A stretch of DNA of 63,414 bases, the filler included, from Cercozoa sp. M6MM (taxonomy: Eukaryota; Protista; Endomyxa: Ascetosporea): NCBI GenBank assembly GCA_040357565.1. It is 8 parts of 8 records of this genome, joined end to end, with 100 filler letters (N's around TTAATTAATTAA, not from the genome) between each part and the next. Parts side by side here need not be neighbours in the genome. Positions count along the whole stretch, not along the records: positions 1 to 10,838 come from JBDODJ010000427.1; positions 10,939 to 29,036 come from JBDODJ010000240.1; 6 more parts are not named here. One strand, written 5' to 3'. This document shows positions 1 to 12,596 of this stretch, piece by piece; the stretch's first letter is position 1; the number at the start of each line of letters is the position of its first letter. The notes under the pieces were generated by a model. The model was given only the letters and a program-made list of their open reading frames with translations. It was not told where the DNA came from and did no database searches. Made by a program: the position numbers and the translations under genes.

Positions 1-39
1 ACAACCGAAGGAGCAGGCCGGAGGCAAACAGCTACACCG

Positions 40-1290
40 TCATTGCTTTGCTCCGGCGCCGTCGAAGCTATGCGAGTGGCCGTTCATTCCTGAGATTATG
101 CTAGTACTGAAGACTACACTCATGTTGTTTGCAAACTGGTACACCAGACTTACCGTTGACGCGACTCGCGAGTCGCGACGCGATACAGTTTGGATGCTCA
201 GTTGCGCGTGCAGTGCAAATGAAAATTCGAACATTGGGTCAGAGTACTGATAAAGTGCTAAAATGCGCACGACAAGTTTCGTTCATCAGATGCGGAAGAA
301 GGAATCTAACTAATGGCTGTTGTCGGTCACTCTCGAGGGTCAAAGCTGTGTGGCTGCTGTCTGACGAGATTGTACACGCGCCGAGTTGCTTCGGTGGTCA
401 GCACGTCACGAATAGCGCTCGCAAGCTTGCTGTATTCGCTAGAGTTGTCTCCGGCTCCCTGCCGGACACGAGTTTAATTCAAGCGCAGTAAATTAAATAT
501 GCGTATGACAGAAATGTGCCCTACCGAGCGTTCCTGTTGCGCCAGATGCAGTTGGTATCGTCGGTAAGCAGCATGTACCTCGTCGTCCGTGCAGATGGAG
601 GTAAGGCCAAAGAAGGCATACAGGTCTCCCCCCTCTTGGATCAGACGTCGAACTTCATCGGGGAATCTGAGACAAGGTGTTTAACAAGGCGGGATGGAAA
701 GAAAAAACACATGTCCCAATGAGTGAGTAAAAGGAACAAAAAGGGGTTTACAATGATGACAGCACGGAGTCGAGAAAAAACGAAGTGTGCTGCAGTTGGT
801 TTTGATACTGTTGGCGCTGTTGAAGCGACTGATGTTGGAGGAGTCGTTGCAAGTGAGCACACTCACCTTGCAGTTGCTCGCGTGCGGCGTTTCTGCCAGG
901 TCGAATTGAATTTAGCTGGGAAATCATCGCTTTACAAGTTTTGTTAATGTACGCATCATTCAGCTGACGAACAACGCAGCTCAGTTGCTGAGACAAATCG
1001 ATCGGCACGCTTCCAACATGTATAACACTGTAACGCGCGTACGCTTAGGGCACGTGTAAAGATATACCAGTTTACCTCGATCGAGGCGTGCTAGCTGGAG
1101 TTCGCATGTCCGGTTCCACAGGAGTTCGATAGCCGTATTGCGGTTGCTGCTGTTGCTGACTTAGATTGACTCGTCGGATGAAGTACTGCGAGTGAGTTGT
1201 GGCAGTTGCAACGGGCGAATGTCGAGTTCCAGGGTCACGATAAACTGTTGCATATCAGCATATATCGACACCCTTTCTATACCAGGTAAA
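40..1290 (-). CDS. Hypothetical multi-exon protein with Gln-rich/coiled-coil segment; ends uncertain
   Basis: Minus-strand exon-like segments bounded by GT/AG, e.g. YRDPGTRHSPVATATTHSQYFIRRVNLSQQQQQPQYGYRTP and AAREQLQGECAHLQRLLQHQSLQQRQQYQNQLQH. No family recognised. Confidence 0.35.
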
Positions 1291-2151
1291 CTGAAAAAAC
1301 TGTACTCGGAGCCGAGCTTTGCGCAAGCAGTTGAACCGGGTTCGGCGTAGGTTTTCGTTTGGGAGAAGCTGACCACAACATCACGATATTACTTTCGCTA
1401 TTACAGACTGTTCAGTTGTAGTACTCTCGGCAGAGTCTGAGCAGTGTATCGATACCTGTTCTCTTGAAGCAGTTAAAACCTCCCCTTGCTATGTTTGCCA
1501 AACTGAAAAGGCAGAGAAGCAGCAGACAGAGAAGCCGCATTCGCCTCTTTCGATGGGTGACACCGGGGTTCAGGCGTTGGGAGTGTGCGTTAGCAGGTAC
1601 TCAAGAAAGTTGACCTGTCTCAACCCCGGCCTTAGCTTGTTGATCAGGCAGAGTCACCCTAGACTGGTACAGGCAAGGGATCGATACTGTAGTTTTCCGT
1701 CTGCGAGTGCGGTTTTTTGTGCCGCAGCATGCCGGTATGGAAGTGGCGTGCGATTGAATTTATTTGATCAAATTGGGCGGGTACAGCCGGCGCTAGGACA
1801 AAGACAAACTCCACTCCACGGAGACACGAGCGTGACGATGTATGAGTTTCGGCCGAACGGAGGAAACGAACGATACATTAAATTAAGGTAAAGAACTGAA
1901 ATGGCAGACGTCGAAGTTGTGACCCGAAGCAGACACGTGTGGTTTCTCGGAGATCAAGGACTTCGGCACTTTGTTTGGCCTCGTCACAAAGCTGACCTGC
2001 GCTTTGTGCTTAGCCGTGTGATTCGCACCAACCGCTCGAGTCGTTGTGACTCTTTGCTGTCCTCAGACTGGCGCCGCAGAGGTGCGACTCGGCTTTCCCA
2101 GGTTCTTGGATTCAGACGCCTTTTTGAATTCTGTTTTTTTCGTTTTCTAGA

Positions 2152-4680
2152 ATGTCGTCCACCTCTTCGTCGATTCAACAAGCACAGGAGAACGAGCACG
2201 AAGGAGGTGATCCGCAGAAACCCCTACACGAAAGTACACTTGCAGATGCCGGTAAAATGAATGGGTTTAGTTGGCTTTCTTTGCATACTGAGACACGATC
2301 GGAGATTGTTTTAAAACACAGTTGATAAACGGGCGCGCACAAAAACCGAGTTGCTGCGCTCTGGCAGTTTGGTTCGTTCGCAACGACCCGAGGTATTATC
2401 TAGTTCCCGGACGAGTCTCCTCTGTTCCAGGATAGGAGGTGAGCGGTGTGATAGCGCTGGCCGGTGTTGCTGATGGTGTGCGTTCTCGTGTTCGCGTGCG
2501 TCTGCGTGGTGAACGTGCCGAAATCGCTGCAGAAGACTCTCGAGAAATCAATGGGCATGAGCTCGCGTTTCTACGGTCTTTTCATCGCGTGCGCGCAGCT
2601 ACCGGCCACAGTGTAGTCACATTGCACTTTCAAAGGGTTTCGTGAGTGTGACAGTTTGTGTCCTAAAAATAGAATGTCGCTGCTGAGCGGCTGGCTCGCA
2701 GACAGACACGGCGCAACCAAAACCGCCTCGGCCTTTGCTGTGTGCATCTGTGCTGGCATGCTTGTGAGTGCTGTGGGAGCACAGAGCAACCTACTTGTCG
2801 TACTGCTAGTTGGGCGGATACTACAAGGTGCGACACGGGCTGATGCATGTCTTTCTCTGCAGTACATTCGGGTCAGATTTACTTCTTTTGCAGGCGTAGG
2901 TCTCAACTCGGTGCGCGTGGGTGCCACGGAGACCTTGGTGTCCTTCTTCAAGCACAACGGACTCGGACTCGCCATGAGCTTTCAGCGCGCAGCTAACGCA
3001 CTCGGAAACGTCGCAGCCATGTCGGCTCCTTGGTACCATTTACTGGGAGGAGACACAGACGCACTCAAGATGGTTTGAGGTGCCCTGTGGCAGGGTGAAG
3101 TTGATAATCGGTTCGGTGCCCGGCATGTTTTGGTGTCTCTCCGTCGTAGTTCACATCAAGAGAGGGCAGGCAGTAAATTGGTTTTGTTACAGGTTGTTTG
3201 CGGCACTGTCGTCGTTTGCGGCAGCAGCAGCAATGATGTTGCACTTCTTGTTTGGTCGCTACGTGTGCAGCAACAAGCTAGGTGCCATGAAGGAACGACT
3301 AGAGATGGAACGACTGCGTCGCATTGTAAATTATCTTTCCTGTGTTTGCATTAACCCACTTACCGTTTGTATTCAGTCCGAAGAAGATGTTCAAAGTCCT
3401 CAGTTGGAGGACAACATGTCGTTGCGCACCTTTGCGTCCTCGGTGAGCAGCGATTTGCGCTCACTCCCAGGGATTTTCTGGGTTCTTTTCTGCTGCGCGC
3501 TCTTCATGGACGTATGCGTACTGGGGTGCCCTTCTTGTTCGTGACCAGTCAGAAAGTCAAGTGGAAGGAAGTGTGTGCTTTTAACGGAGCAGATACATGA
3601 CGTTCGTGGTAAAATTGGTGGCACAAAAATTCCACTGGCCGGAAGGAACGGCTTCAATTTTCGCCTCCATCATGTGAGTGTATTAAAAGGGTGTCTTTTT
3701 GCAGCAAAACTGTGATTTAGTTGATTTTGTGGTACAGTAAGGCGGTAGGTGTGACGTCGCCTTTATTTGGTGTCGTTGTCGACTTTCTGCCTCGTCGCGA
3801 GCTGCTTATTTTGGCAGCTGCTTCGACGGTGGCGGCTTCGCATGCCATTCTGTGTTTCTCTGGCGACTACGATGGATCTGCTACTTCGGTAACAGCTTTT
3901 GCTGCTTTTTCTTGCGGTGACAAAGCAGAGGGTCTCCAACACAGGAATCTCCTTCGCACGCCGCTGGAATTGTTGGGCTCACACTTCTCGGACTCGGCAG
4001 CAACCTGTACGGCACCTCGGTGTTCCCGACAATTGGCCGCTTGTGCCACAAGTCACGCCGTGGCACAGCATACGGCGTTGTGTTTGGAGGCACTGCGTTT
4101 TTGGCCTCAATAATTAGGTACTGCGCGTTTAGCTTCTTGGGATGTTCCGATGATTTCGTTTCCCATGCTTAACCTGCGATTATGTAGCATTGTCGGAGCT
4201 GAGATACAGCACCAAGGGTACAACCGAGCGGTCGAGTATATGTTTTTGGGCATGGGCGGGATCGCTGTGGTGTTCTCGCTCCTTCTCGTAAGCTCAAATG
4301 CTCGAAACCTTGACGTCTGCAATCGCGATAAGGTACTACACTTTCTTTTACTGTAACCTCAGACGGCACTACGGTATTCGCAGAACTTCCTCACGGAACT
4401 GGAAGAAAGTGGTCTGCTTGACGACAATATCACGTCCCCTGCGGCTGTCGCTGCGTTTGCTGCCCAGTGTGTTTCCTTCAATGCGAATAATGCCTGTTAT
4501 CATCTGCCTTTGCTTGCAGCCACCCGCGGCGGTTCGTTCGACAGATTTCGCGTGCACACCCGAGTCCGGCGCTTGCGAGTGCGTTTTTCGTTTTGTTTAA
4601 CCGTGCACACAGACGATTTACGCTTTTATCTGACAGGCACTCTCTTGGCGCTGCCTTCTGTCTCGCGTCACATTGCGTAA
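2152..4680 (+). CDS. Major facilitator superfamily transporter, MFSD1-like (multi-exon)
   Basis: Spliced segments RWPVLLMVCVLVFACVCVVNVPKSLQKTLEKSMGMSSRFYGLFIA, LLSGWLADRHG (MFS motif A-like), FFKHNGLGLAMSFQ and SPLFGVVVD, with many hydrophobic helices. ATG at 2152; probable TAA at 4678-4680. Confidence 0.7.
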
Positions 4681-5023
4681 GAAACTTTAGAAATCCCAAG
4701 CATATCGCTCCTTGCGTTTGACTCCTTTCTTTTGGTGCATAGTCAACATCCCAACGAAGTGGAGATTAGCATTCGGGTCGCCAACAGTTCCGAGGTCAGA
4801 GAAAACGATTTGGGGCGAGAGACGGAGCCGAGCCTAGAGGAATCAAGCAGCGACAGCACAATGCCTCCAGTCGACATCGAGTAACAACCGTGAACGGAAC
4901 AGTTTAGTCATAGTTTACCACTCCCCTCGCACTAAATACCAGACGACAACTGAAGGGTCCGTGCGGTCAATCCGCGCGGAAACTGAAATTGAGAAGACTC
5001 AACCGACAGGATTGACTAAATTC

Positions 5024-6050
5024 ATGAAATATCGATACAATATGCGGTCCGCGAGCTTTCTCCTGTGTACTAAGTTGTGCCTGTGAAAGTTTAAGCTTTG
5101 CTTGCAAGCGCGAGGGAGAACAATCGGTTCCGTTCGAGGTGCCCTGGGTGCGACAGCTGCTTCGCGAGTGATGGGAGATCGCTTCAAATTCTTGGTGCCT
5201 GCTCCAGCTGGTTTCATATCGTATTGCAACATCGGCTTTGTGGCGTAGAGAGAATTGAATTCAAAAGGAGCGCCTTTTTCGCGGCTTTCCGAAAGCAAAG
5301 ACATTGTAACTCAACGGAGCCTGTATCTGCGAATCTCTATGAACACCTGTCGTATAGTATCGGTGTCGAACATGCTTTATTTATGTTGCCATATCTTAGG
5401 CGTGCTTCACCGGATCCAAGCGTTGGGCCAGGGAGCTACACTGTTCCTGAAAACTCAATAACAAACGCTCGTCCCAAAAGCGCTTGCTTCGGTCGTTTGT
5501 CGGTACCCGCATTGGCATATCAGCTCTGCCTAAAATGGGTTGTGCGTGGTATTAGCACCCAAATTTAGGAGAGGCGAACCGCCGCTGGTTCTCGGGACCA
5601 CGAAGACACCCCAGGCCCTGGCTCTTACACGCGCGACCTATCTGAAGAAAGTCCCACAAAAACAGGGAAACCATCAGTCGGCGGAGCTCCATTCTCTCGA
5701 ATGAAAGAACGGCGCGAATGTATCTCCCCGCTGCCACCGAAAAAGTAAAAGTTATTTTCTATTTTTACCAGTGCAGAATGTCTATGCTTTAGATTGAGAG
5801 AAGAAGCCCATAGTATGCTGCCTCATTTCCCACAAATGGCTCATGTATGTGAATTTTGGTGCAGTTGGACCCGGCAGTTATCAAGGCAGTATTCTGACTC
5901 GACCTGAGACCAAGAGTCACGTTCGGTGGAGTGCTCCGGACGAGTACAAGGGAAAGCCTGCAGACAACACCCCGGGGTGAATATTTTTACAGTTCGCTTG
6001 TAATGAGTCTTTATGTAGTTCTCAGCCCGGGCAGTTACATTGGTTGCTAA
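5024..6050 (+). CDS. SHIPPO/ODF3-like sperm-tail PG-rich repeat protein (axonemal); ends approximate
   Basis: Four xPGSY motifs in separate exons: VGPGSY (~5422), PGPGSY (~5610), VGPGSY (~5865), SPGSY (~6024). Confidence 0.55.
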
Positions 6051-6484
6051 TCGGAAAGAAAAATCGTCACCAGGCGTATGTTTTATGCCAGCTTACGGTG
6101 AACTCTCAACGTAGTTTTACCGCAAGTTGTCGATTGCGTCGCAGAGAACGACTTCTCCCAGGTTGAAATATCCAGCAGGATTGTAGGATTCAATATGGAC
6201 ACCGTAGTTCAGTTGAATATTTATCGTCTCGGACTTGTTAACTTGATCGACTAAAGCTGCACGTCACGAAACTAACACTCATGTTCGTGCGGGCACGTCA
6301 CGGAGGCCAAGCCTGTCTTAAATCGCAGCAGTGCTCTCAGTTCGCTTGCTTAGATATCACGAGAAGTGTTAGGCGTTTTGGCGTGTTGAGTCCAGGCACG
6401 CTCGTTATCCGAGTCGATAGGCGTACCTTCATTCGATTCCTGGAACTGGCTGACACTGGTGCGGAAACAAACGTTACTTAAGGC

Positions 6485-9400
6485 ATGCGACAAGTGTCTG
6501 TGTTGCTCGTTTGTTTGCTGGCAACGATCAGTTTGACAGCACAATCGAACGCTGTCGATGATCTTTCTTCCACACCAGTGCCTGCTAGCACGAACACGGT
6601 GATAGCAGATTCACCACCAGGAGCAATCGAACCTCTGCACTCTGTCAGTGGGGCGGCAGGTGCTTCGCCGATAGATGCTTTGCCTGTACCATGAAGCTTT
6701 TCCTAAATATGAGAGCCTTGCGTAAGTTTTAGAATAAATTGATTGAGCTGCTGTTATTTAGTCAAGCTCCGGAGAACCGTCCACTGCTGTCGCACCCGAA
6801 AGTGAAGAGAACCAAGCAACATTGGAAGCTTCTTCTTTTGTCGTAGACTCGCTCCGCGCAGACTGTACTTTGACTAAAGGCTTTCTGAGTTCAGTTGTTC
6901 CTTTTGGCCACGTGTCTTGCTGTACGTCGGATAGTGCCATTCCCCAAGCACGTTCGTGTGGCTCAACGACCGAATGACGCGGCGTACACTGTGCGTCTCA
7001 CCTGGCGACTGGAAGACTTGAAACGCGTAGTTCTGCCATCACATTGAGTTTCAATGCTCTAGGCACAATCAAAAGCACAATCTCAGGAATGTACGGCCAC
7101 TCGCATCGCTTTGATGGCGCCCAAGCAGGACAATGACGGTGCAATTGTTTGTTTCCGACCTGCTTCCTTCAGTTGCGTTTCTTGAACTCGACTTTTCACA
7201 ACAGGACGGATTCAAATGATGACGTCGTCGCTGGACGCAAAGCCACCGGTGTACCTGCTTGCAAACGGCATGAGTGTAGTCTTCAGTACTAGTTCTCTTT
7301 TCCATTGAAACCCTGCACTAGCCAACCTGCACTTTACAGTCGCTGGCGAGTGATCGGCAAGTCGTGCAAGTGATTGGCCTGCCGAGCATGGACTGTATGC
7401 CTTGGTTTCTCTCATGCAGTATCTTACAGTACTGTGTAAATCGTATGCACCCCTCGGTAGACATGACGTTCAAGGTGGCCTGTGCTAGCGGCGATAGCAC
7501 TGGTCGAACCAGTGCACGCTCGGCCATGTTCACCTTCGACTCCGACGGTCGACTGGTTAACAACAAGGCCGCCGACGGATCGGTTTCTGTTATCGACGAC
7601 ATGTCGACGCGGTGCCTTTGTTTACTTGCTTCCCCTCTTTAGCCCCCTCCCTCTTATGTCCTTACCCTCATTGTACGGTACCCCTTTCCAGGTCGACCCA
7701 GCGAGCCCTCGAGGCGAGCAACGTAGAGCAAGTGCTGCTGATTCCGGGTCAGTGGCAAGGTGTCGCCAAGACTCGGTACACTATAGTACACGTGAACCGT
7801 ACAGGTGAACAGTCCAAGTGGACTGTACAAAAGGACTGTACGAGTGGATTGTACAAGTGTACCGTACTCGGTATGTTTGTACACAGCGAGCTGCAGCAGC
7901 GATTCGCAGCAGAATTGGCATCGCCGCAAACTGCTTTTGCTCGCATTCACGCCGCTCTGTCGACCAAGCAGCAGGTATATTTTTGGCCCGCTTTAGTCCG
8001 CTCTATACCCTCCCCGTGCCTCGCCCTCTGCCCTTACCCCCCCCCCCCAGCACCAAATCCCGACTCTGGAGGAGTTCAAACGCGCACTGAGCTACGCTCC
8101 GTCTCCTGTGGCCGTTCATGTTGGTACTGCACACGGGGGGGGGGGGGTAATAGACAAGTGGGCTAGGGGGTGAATATTCGGATGTGCTTGTGTACAACAG
8201 GCGAAAAGTTCTCCAACAAGCTGCTGCACAGTCAGGTCGGTCTGGACGCGCCCATGTGGCGCGTGCGTTTCCGACTCGACTCGTCCGTTCTGCAATGGGA
8301 CTGGCTACGTCTCTCCGTGTAAGGGCCGTTTACCCCCTCCTTTAATAGCCTGTTCGATTCCCACCTATCTCTACTACTCTGAGCAGTGACGAAACGACTG
8401 GATTCGTTTCGGGCGAGGTTACCGCTCGACCGGCTCAGAAGTGGTACCGCGTACTCGTCTATGCTGACGTCATCACTAAGGTACACACTCCTTGTCCTTT
8501 AACTGTACTCCCCCTTCTACCTTTACCCCCCCCCCCCCTGCGCCCGAGCAGCTGGCCAACGTGGTGACGTTAGAACTGGCGCTAGCTTTCACCATCGAAG
8601 TGGCGACTTTTTTCGATGCCGACCGACGCGCGTGGCTGACAGCGTCGGCGCAGCCACAGCAGCGCGAGCTCCGCGTAGACGCATCGGAAGGCTCCGCGCG
8701 GATCCTGCAGCAAGTGACCCGACCGCAAGTGCTGCAGCAGCAGTCTCTATACCAGGTGGAGTTCCGCGCGGTCGACATGCCACTGCCGGGCTTTAGCATC
8801 GATGCCGAGTCCGGCAGTATCGCCGGTGTCGTCGAGGAACCTCTGGTTGAGTGCGTCGTGCTGCGCGCCAGTGCGACGTTCAAGCTGCTGCACATCAAGG
8901 AGGACCCTCTCGTTGTACCTATCGGTGAGTACTGCATGTACACATATATATATATATATATAAGTTAATCTTAACCAGTTTACCACATACCCTGACCCTC
9001 GATACCCTATACTTCTACATCTTACTTTACCCCTTCCGCATGAAATAGAACTGAAGCTGTGCCCACCGCCTGTCAAGCAAGCCGAGCGAGCGCGCGACCT
9101 GCTTCAACACGAGGCCGACCAGGTGTGTCAGCGACTCGACTATCTGCACGACGCTGTGAGTGTGCGACCGGGCGAGCTGGTCGTACGACAAGTTTTGGGG
9201 GGGGGGGGGGGGGGGGGNNNNNNNNNNNNNNNNNNNNNNNNNNNNNNNNNNNNNNNNNNNNNNNNNNNNNNNNNNNNNNNNNNNNNNNNNNNNNNNNNNN
9301 NNNNNNNNNNNNNNNNNCCCCCCCCCCCGTCCCTCCATGCAGCTCGTGAACCTCAAAGACGAGAGTGTGCTCACGGACTCAAAATTCCGAGTCGTGTTTT

Positions 9401-9720
9401 CGCCGCGTTCCGAGTTTCCGCCGGTACGATTCCAGGTCACTAAGGGTCGGAAGGGTCACTCACTGACGGACACATTTGTTTGTGGGACCGACAGGGACTG
9501 ACAGTAGACACGGTGACGGGCCAGCTGTCGGGTGCAGTATCGCAGCCCTTCCGTGGCACAGTGGTGGTGCAGGCCACCGTGCATGGCACCGATCAAGAGG
9601 CCTCGGTGTCCGCCATGGCTGAACTGTCGCTCGCGTTTCTCGTGTCCGACGATCCCAGTGACGGTTTCGACACCCTCACCGACCGTGTCGGCACTCTGGG
9701 CACTGGCGTTTCAGGTCCAC

Positions 9721-9770
<50 letters not shown>

Positions 9771-9780
9771 NNNNNNNNNN

Positions 9781-9830
<50 letters not shown>

Positions 9831-10405
9831 AAGAATCGGATACAGTACAGTACAGTGTAGTAGACCGGGATACTCCTGCCAGGGTGTCTGTATGTATGTG
9901 TGTGGTGTGTTGTAGAAGCAACCCACAGCAGCACTCCGCCGACGAGTGCCGGCGAAGGTGACAACAGCAAAAGCACCACGCAGAAACGACACAAAGTGCC
10001 CTACCACCGATTGCTACTGTTCCTCATGTAGCCCGTCCTCTCTTCAGCTATATCTCTAATTATAGACATAAGTATAGTAAATTATTGCGCCCTGTAGGCT
10101 CCCGATTGCGGTGCTTGTGCTGCTTTGCATCATTCTTCTGGTACACGAACGAAAGTTCATCTTCTTGTTTTACGGAACCCCAACTTGCATCGGTGGTATC
10201 GTTGCAGTGGTGCTCGTACCGCCGCACCTCAATCTTTGCCCCGCACAAGACGTCCGCCGGGATGCGTTTCGCTCACGTTGGGTACACTCTGGCTGGCTGT
10301 CACGAGCGCATATTGTGGAGCAGCACTGAGCGTGCAGTTTTCTACTGTGCCATTTGCTTGTGTCACCTTCCTTTCTGCAGCACTGCCGACGCTGAGGATC
10401 CTTGA
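6485..10405 (+). CDS. Large type I membrane/surface protein with putative Ig (He_PIG/dystroglycan-type cadherin-like) domains
   Basis: Signal peptide MRQVSVLLVCLLATISLTAQS and an S/P-rich stretch. He_PIG-like motifs LPGFSIDAESGSIAGVVEEP (~8785) and GLTVDTVTGQLSGAVSQPFRGTVVVQATV (~9495). C-terminal TM LPIAVLVLLCIILLW, then a short tail ending ADAEDP*. Interrupted by two assembly gaps. Confidence 0.55.
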
Positions 10406-10654
10406 TCAAAAGGGTGCCGACCGAAACATGCAAACACAAATATTAATTGCGATACTATAAATTAATCGGCAATTGTAGCGCAAAACCGATGTTTTATTTT
10501 TGGGGACGGCCCCTGTGCCTGATGTAAAGCGTAATTTAGTGTAAACTTACAAGTGTTCTGTCTCGCAGCTGGTATCGACAACGGAAGCTCTTTAGACAAA
10601 ACTCATCGAAGAAGTAGTTAGAAGTACCGTACCGTACTGTAGGACTGAGGGTCA

Positions 10655-10838
10655 GGAGAACTGTCCACTGCGGACGCACCAGAAACCGGAGAGAACCAGG
10701 AAACATCGCCTTCTTCTTTTGTCGTACTTTGACAAAAGGCTATGATGTTCCTTGAGGTATCATTTCTTGCTGTATGTCGTAGTACTGCCGTAGCAATGAC
10801 GGTGTAGCTGTTTGCCTCCGGCCTGCTCCTTCGGTTGT
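10655..10838 (+). pseudogene. Degenerate, internally deleted duplicate of part of the surface-protein gene (6771-6935 joined to 7131-7175)
   Basis: GGAGAACTGTCCACTGC...GAGAACCAGGAAACA...TTCTTCTTTTGTCGTACTTTGACAAAAGGCT matches 6771-6885 with deletions. CAATGACGGTGTAGCTGTTTGCCTCCGGCCTGCT matches 7131-7165. Truncated by the scaffold end. Confidence 0.65.
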
Positions 10839-10938
10839 NNNNNNNNNNNNNNNNNNNNNNNNNNNNNNNNNNNNNNNNNNNNTTAATTAATTAANNNNNN
10901 NNNNNNNNNNNNNNNNNNNNNNNNNNNNNNNNNNNNNN
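10839..10938. other. Artificial scaffold linker (N-TTAATTAATTAA-N); same linker at 29037-29136, 35118-35217, 54441-54540, 56666-56765, 59818-59917, 61483-61582
   Basis: Identical 100-nt N blocks with a central all-frame-stop TTAATTAATTAA. Confidence 0.97.
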
Positions 10939-12596
10939 GTGTGTGTGTGTGTGCGTGTGTGTGTGTGTGTGTGAGTACGTAGAGTCGATTGTTGCAAATT
11001 CCACATCTCCGATCAACTGCCCGATATCTCCTTTGGCTAGGTTAAAGTACACCGACAAGCTGGCGCTTTGGGCAACTGAGAAAGAAAGGCAAGGAAGGGC
11101 GGATAATTAAGCAAGCATTGCATATCCCAAAAAAGTTACCGAAGCGCAATAATCCTTCCATTTGACCTGTGAAATTGAAGCTGCTTAAGTCAACCGTGCC
11201 GCTGTCCGCTATTTCACTGAAATTAACACAAAATCTATCTTCCACTGTCGCGACAGAAATGCGTCAAATCTATGCCACGATCTCTAATGATAATGGTACA
11301 TCACAGTTGTTTGGTCGTTCACGCGAACATGACGCAGCAACGTCGCAAGCGTGTCGATATCACCTTGGGTGATGACAAGATATCCGTGAAACTCGATTCC
11401 ATCTGGGCAGGTTATGGCATCGAACCGCTCCAAAAATTGCAAATGCTGTGGTTCATCGTGCTGTTTAAGTACACAACAAATTTAATACCTAAGCATGCGT
11501 AAGGGGTTTTGTACCGCCGCTGTCCAGCAGCAATCGCCACATTTCTGTCCCAAGGCCAAAACTAGCCCGGAAATCTGAAAAAGAAAAAGACAGATCAGAG
11601 TCACTCTATCGTCCATTTGCTGTGCGAGGTTGCCCTGATGCGCAAGAAGATAGTTCGATAACGCACGGGCAATGTCTGCAGCGATCGTGATACCACATCC
11701 TGGGATGGTACTTTTTGGACTGCATCTACCAATCGCCCCGCCCGCTTAATTTAGGCCGGCGTCATCCAGGTGTGCTGCCTTCTCGAGTACCCCTGTTGTA
11801 TAACCAGACGGCCGAGCAAAAGCTGTTGTTACGCCAGACTGACTCGCAATCATTTCTAAAACCATGAGGATTGCTGGTGGCAACTACCCCTCGTAAAACT
11901 CTAAGTGGGCCTTTCAGTCAGTGTTTGCCTTGACCAAACAATGTTTATTATTATGTATGATTACTTTTTTAGTTAATGTATATGACATCAAATTGGATCC
12001 CACATAGCATTGGCGTGTATTACTTTGAACTTAAGCACCATACTGTGTGACAATGTTAACTTGAGCCTCTGATGGTTAGCAGGGTGCAACAATGCCACCG
12101 CCCACGCCGACGTGACTCTGCTTCGGCAAACTGGAACTGCGACATGTAATTTACCTATATTGAAACTCTGGGGAACGTTCGCGTTTGGCCAATCGATGCA
12201 CGGCAGTGAATTTCAACCTCTGACTCAGCATACTCTGGGAGATGGATTCGAATAGAGGAGCGACAGCAATAAAATTGAGTTTTCATGAACCCCCTCCCCC
12301 AGGGAGATCTTCTTGCCTCAAGGGACTCCTTGCTGCATCTGGGGCTTTACTGCTCTAAACGCCTGGTTCGGTTTCATGCACATTGCATGGGCCCGCTGAT
12401 AACATCTTGTTAAAAGCGCGAGCATAGGAATAATCGGATTAGACCAGTTTAGAGCTTCTGTGATTGGCTGACGGTACTTTATGTTGCCGATCAGCAATTT
12501 TCGTTTCCCATGGTAGACAGCATCTTAAAACTTCAGGAACAGGTCCTAGCTTAGTTTGTCCAAGCGAAGGCAACGCAACCCGAATTGTCACATGAT

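Noticed and set aside
1325-1344. AAGCAGTTGAACCGGGTTCG resembling the tRNA-Gly variable/T arm
   Set aside because: No anticodon stem, D arm or acceptor stem can be formed; treated as a chance match.
9711-10007. ORFs encoding poly-CV/HT peptides throughout the ORF track
   Set aside because: They are translations of intronic (TG)n/(CA)n microsatellites and N gaps.
10883-10894. Repeated TTAATTAATTAA as a biological motif or telomere
   Set aside because: It is always centred in identical N blocks, so it is an artificial scaffold linker. Gene neighbourhoods across it were not interpreted.
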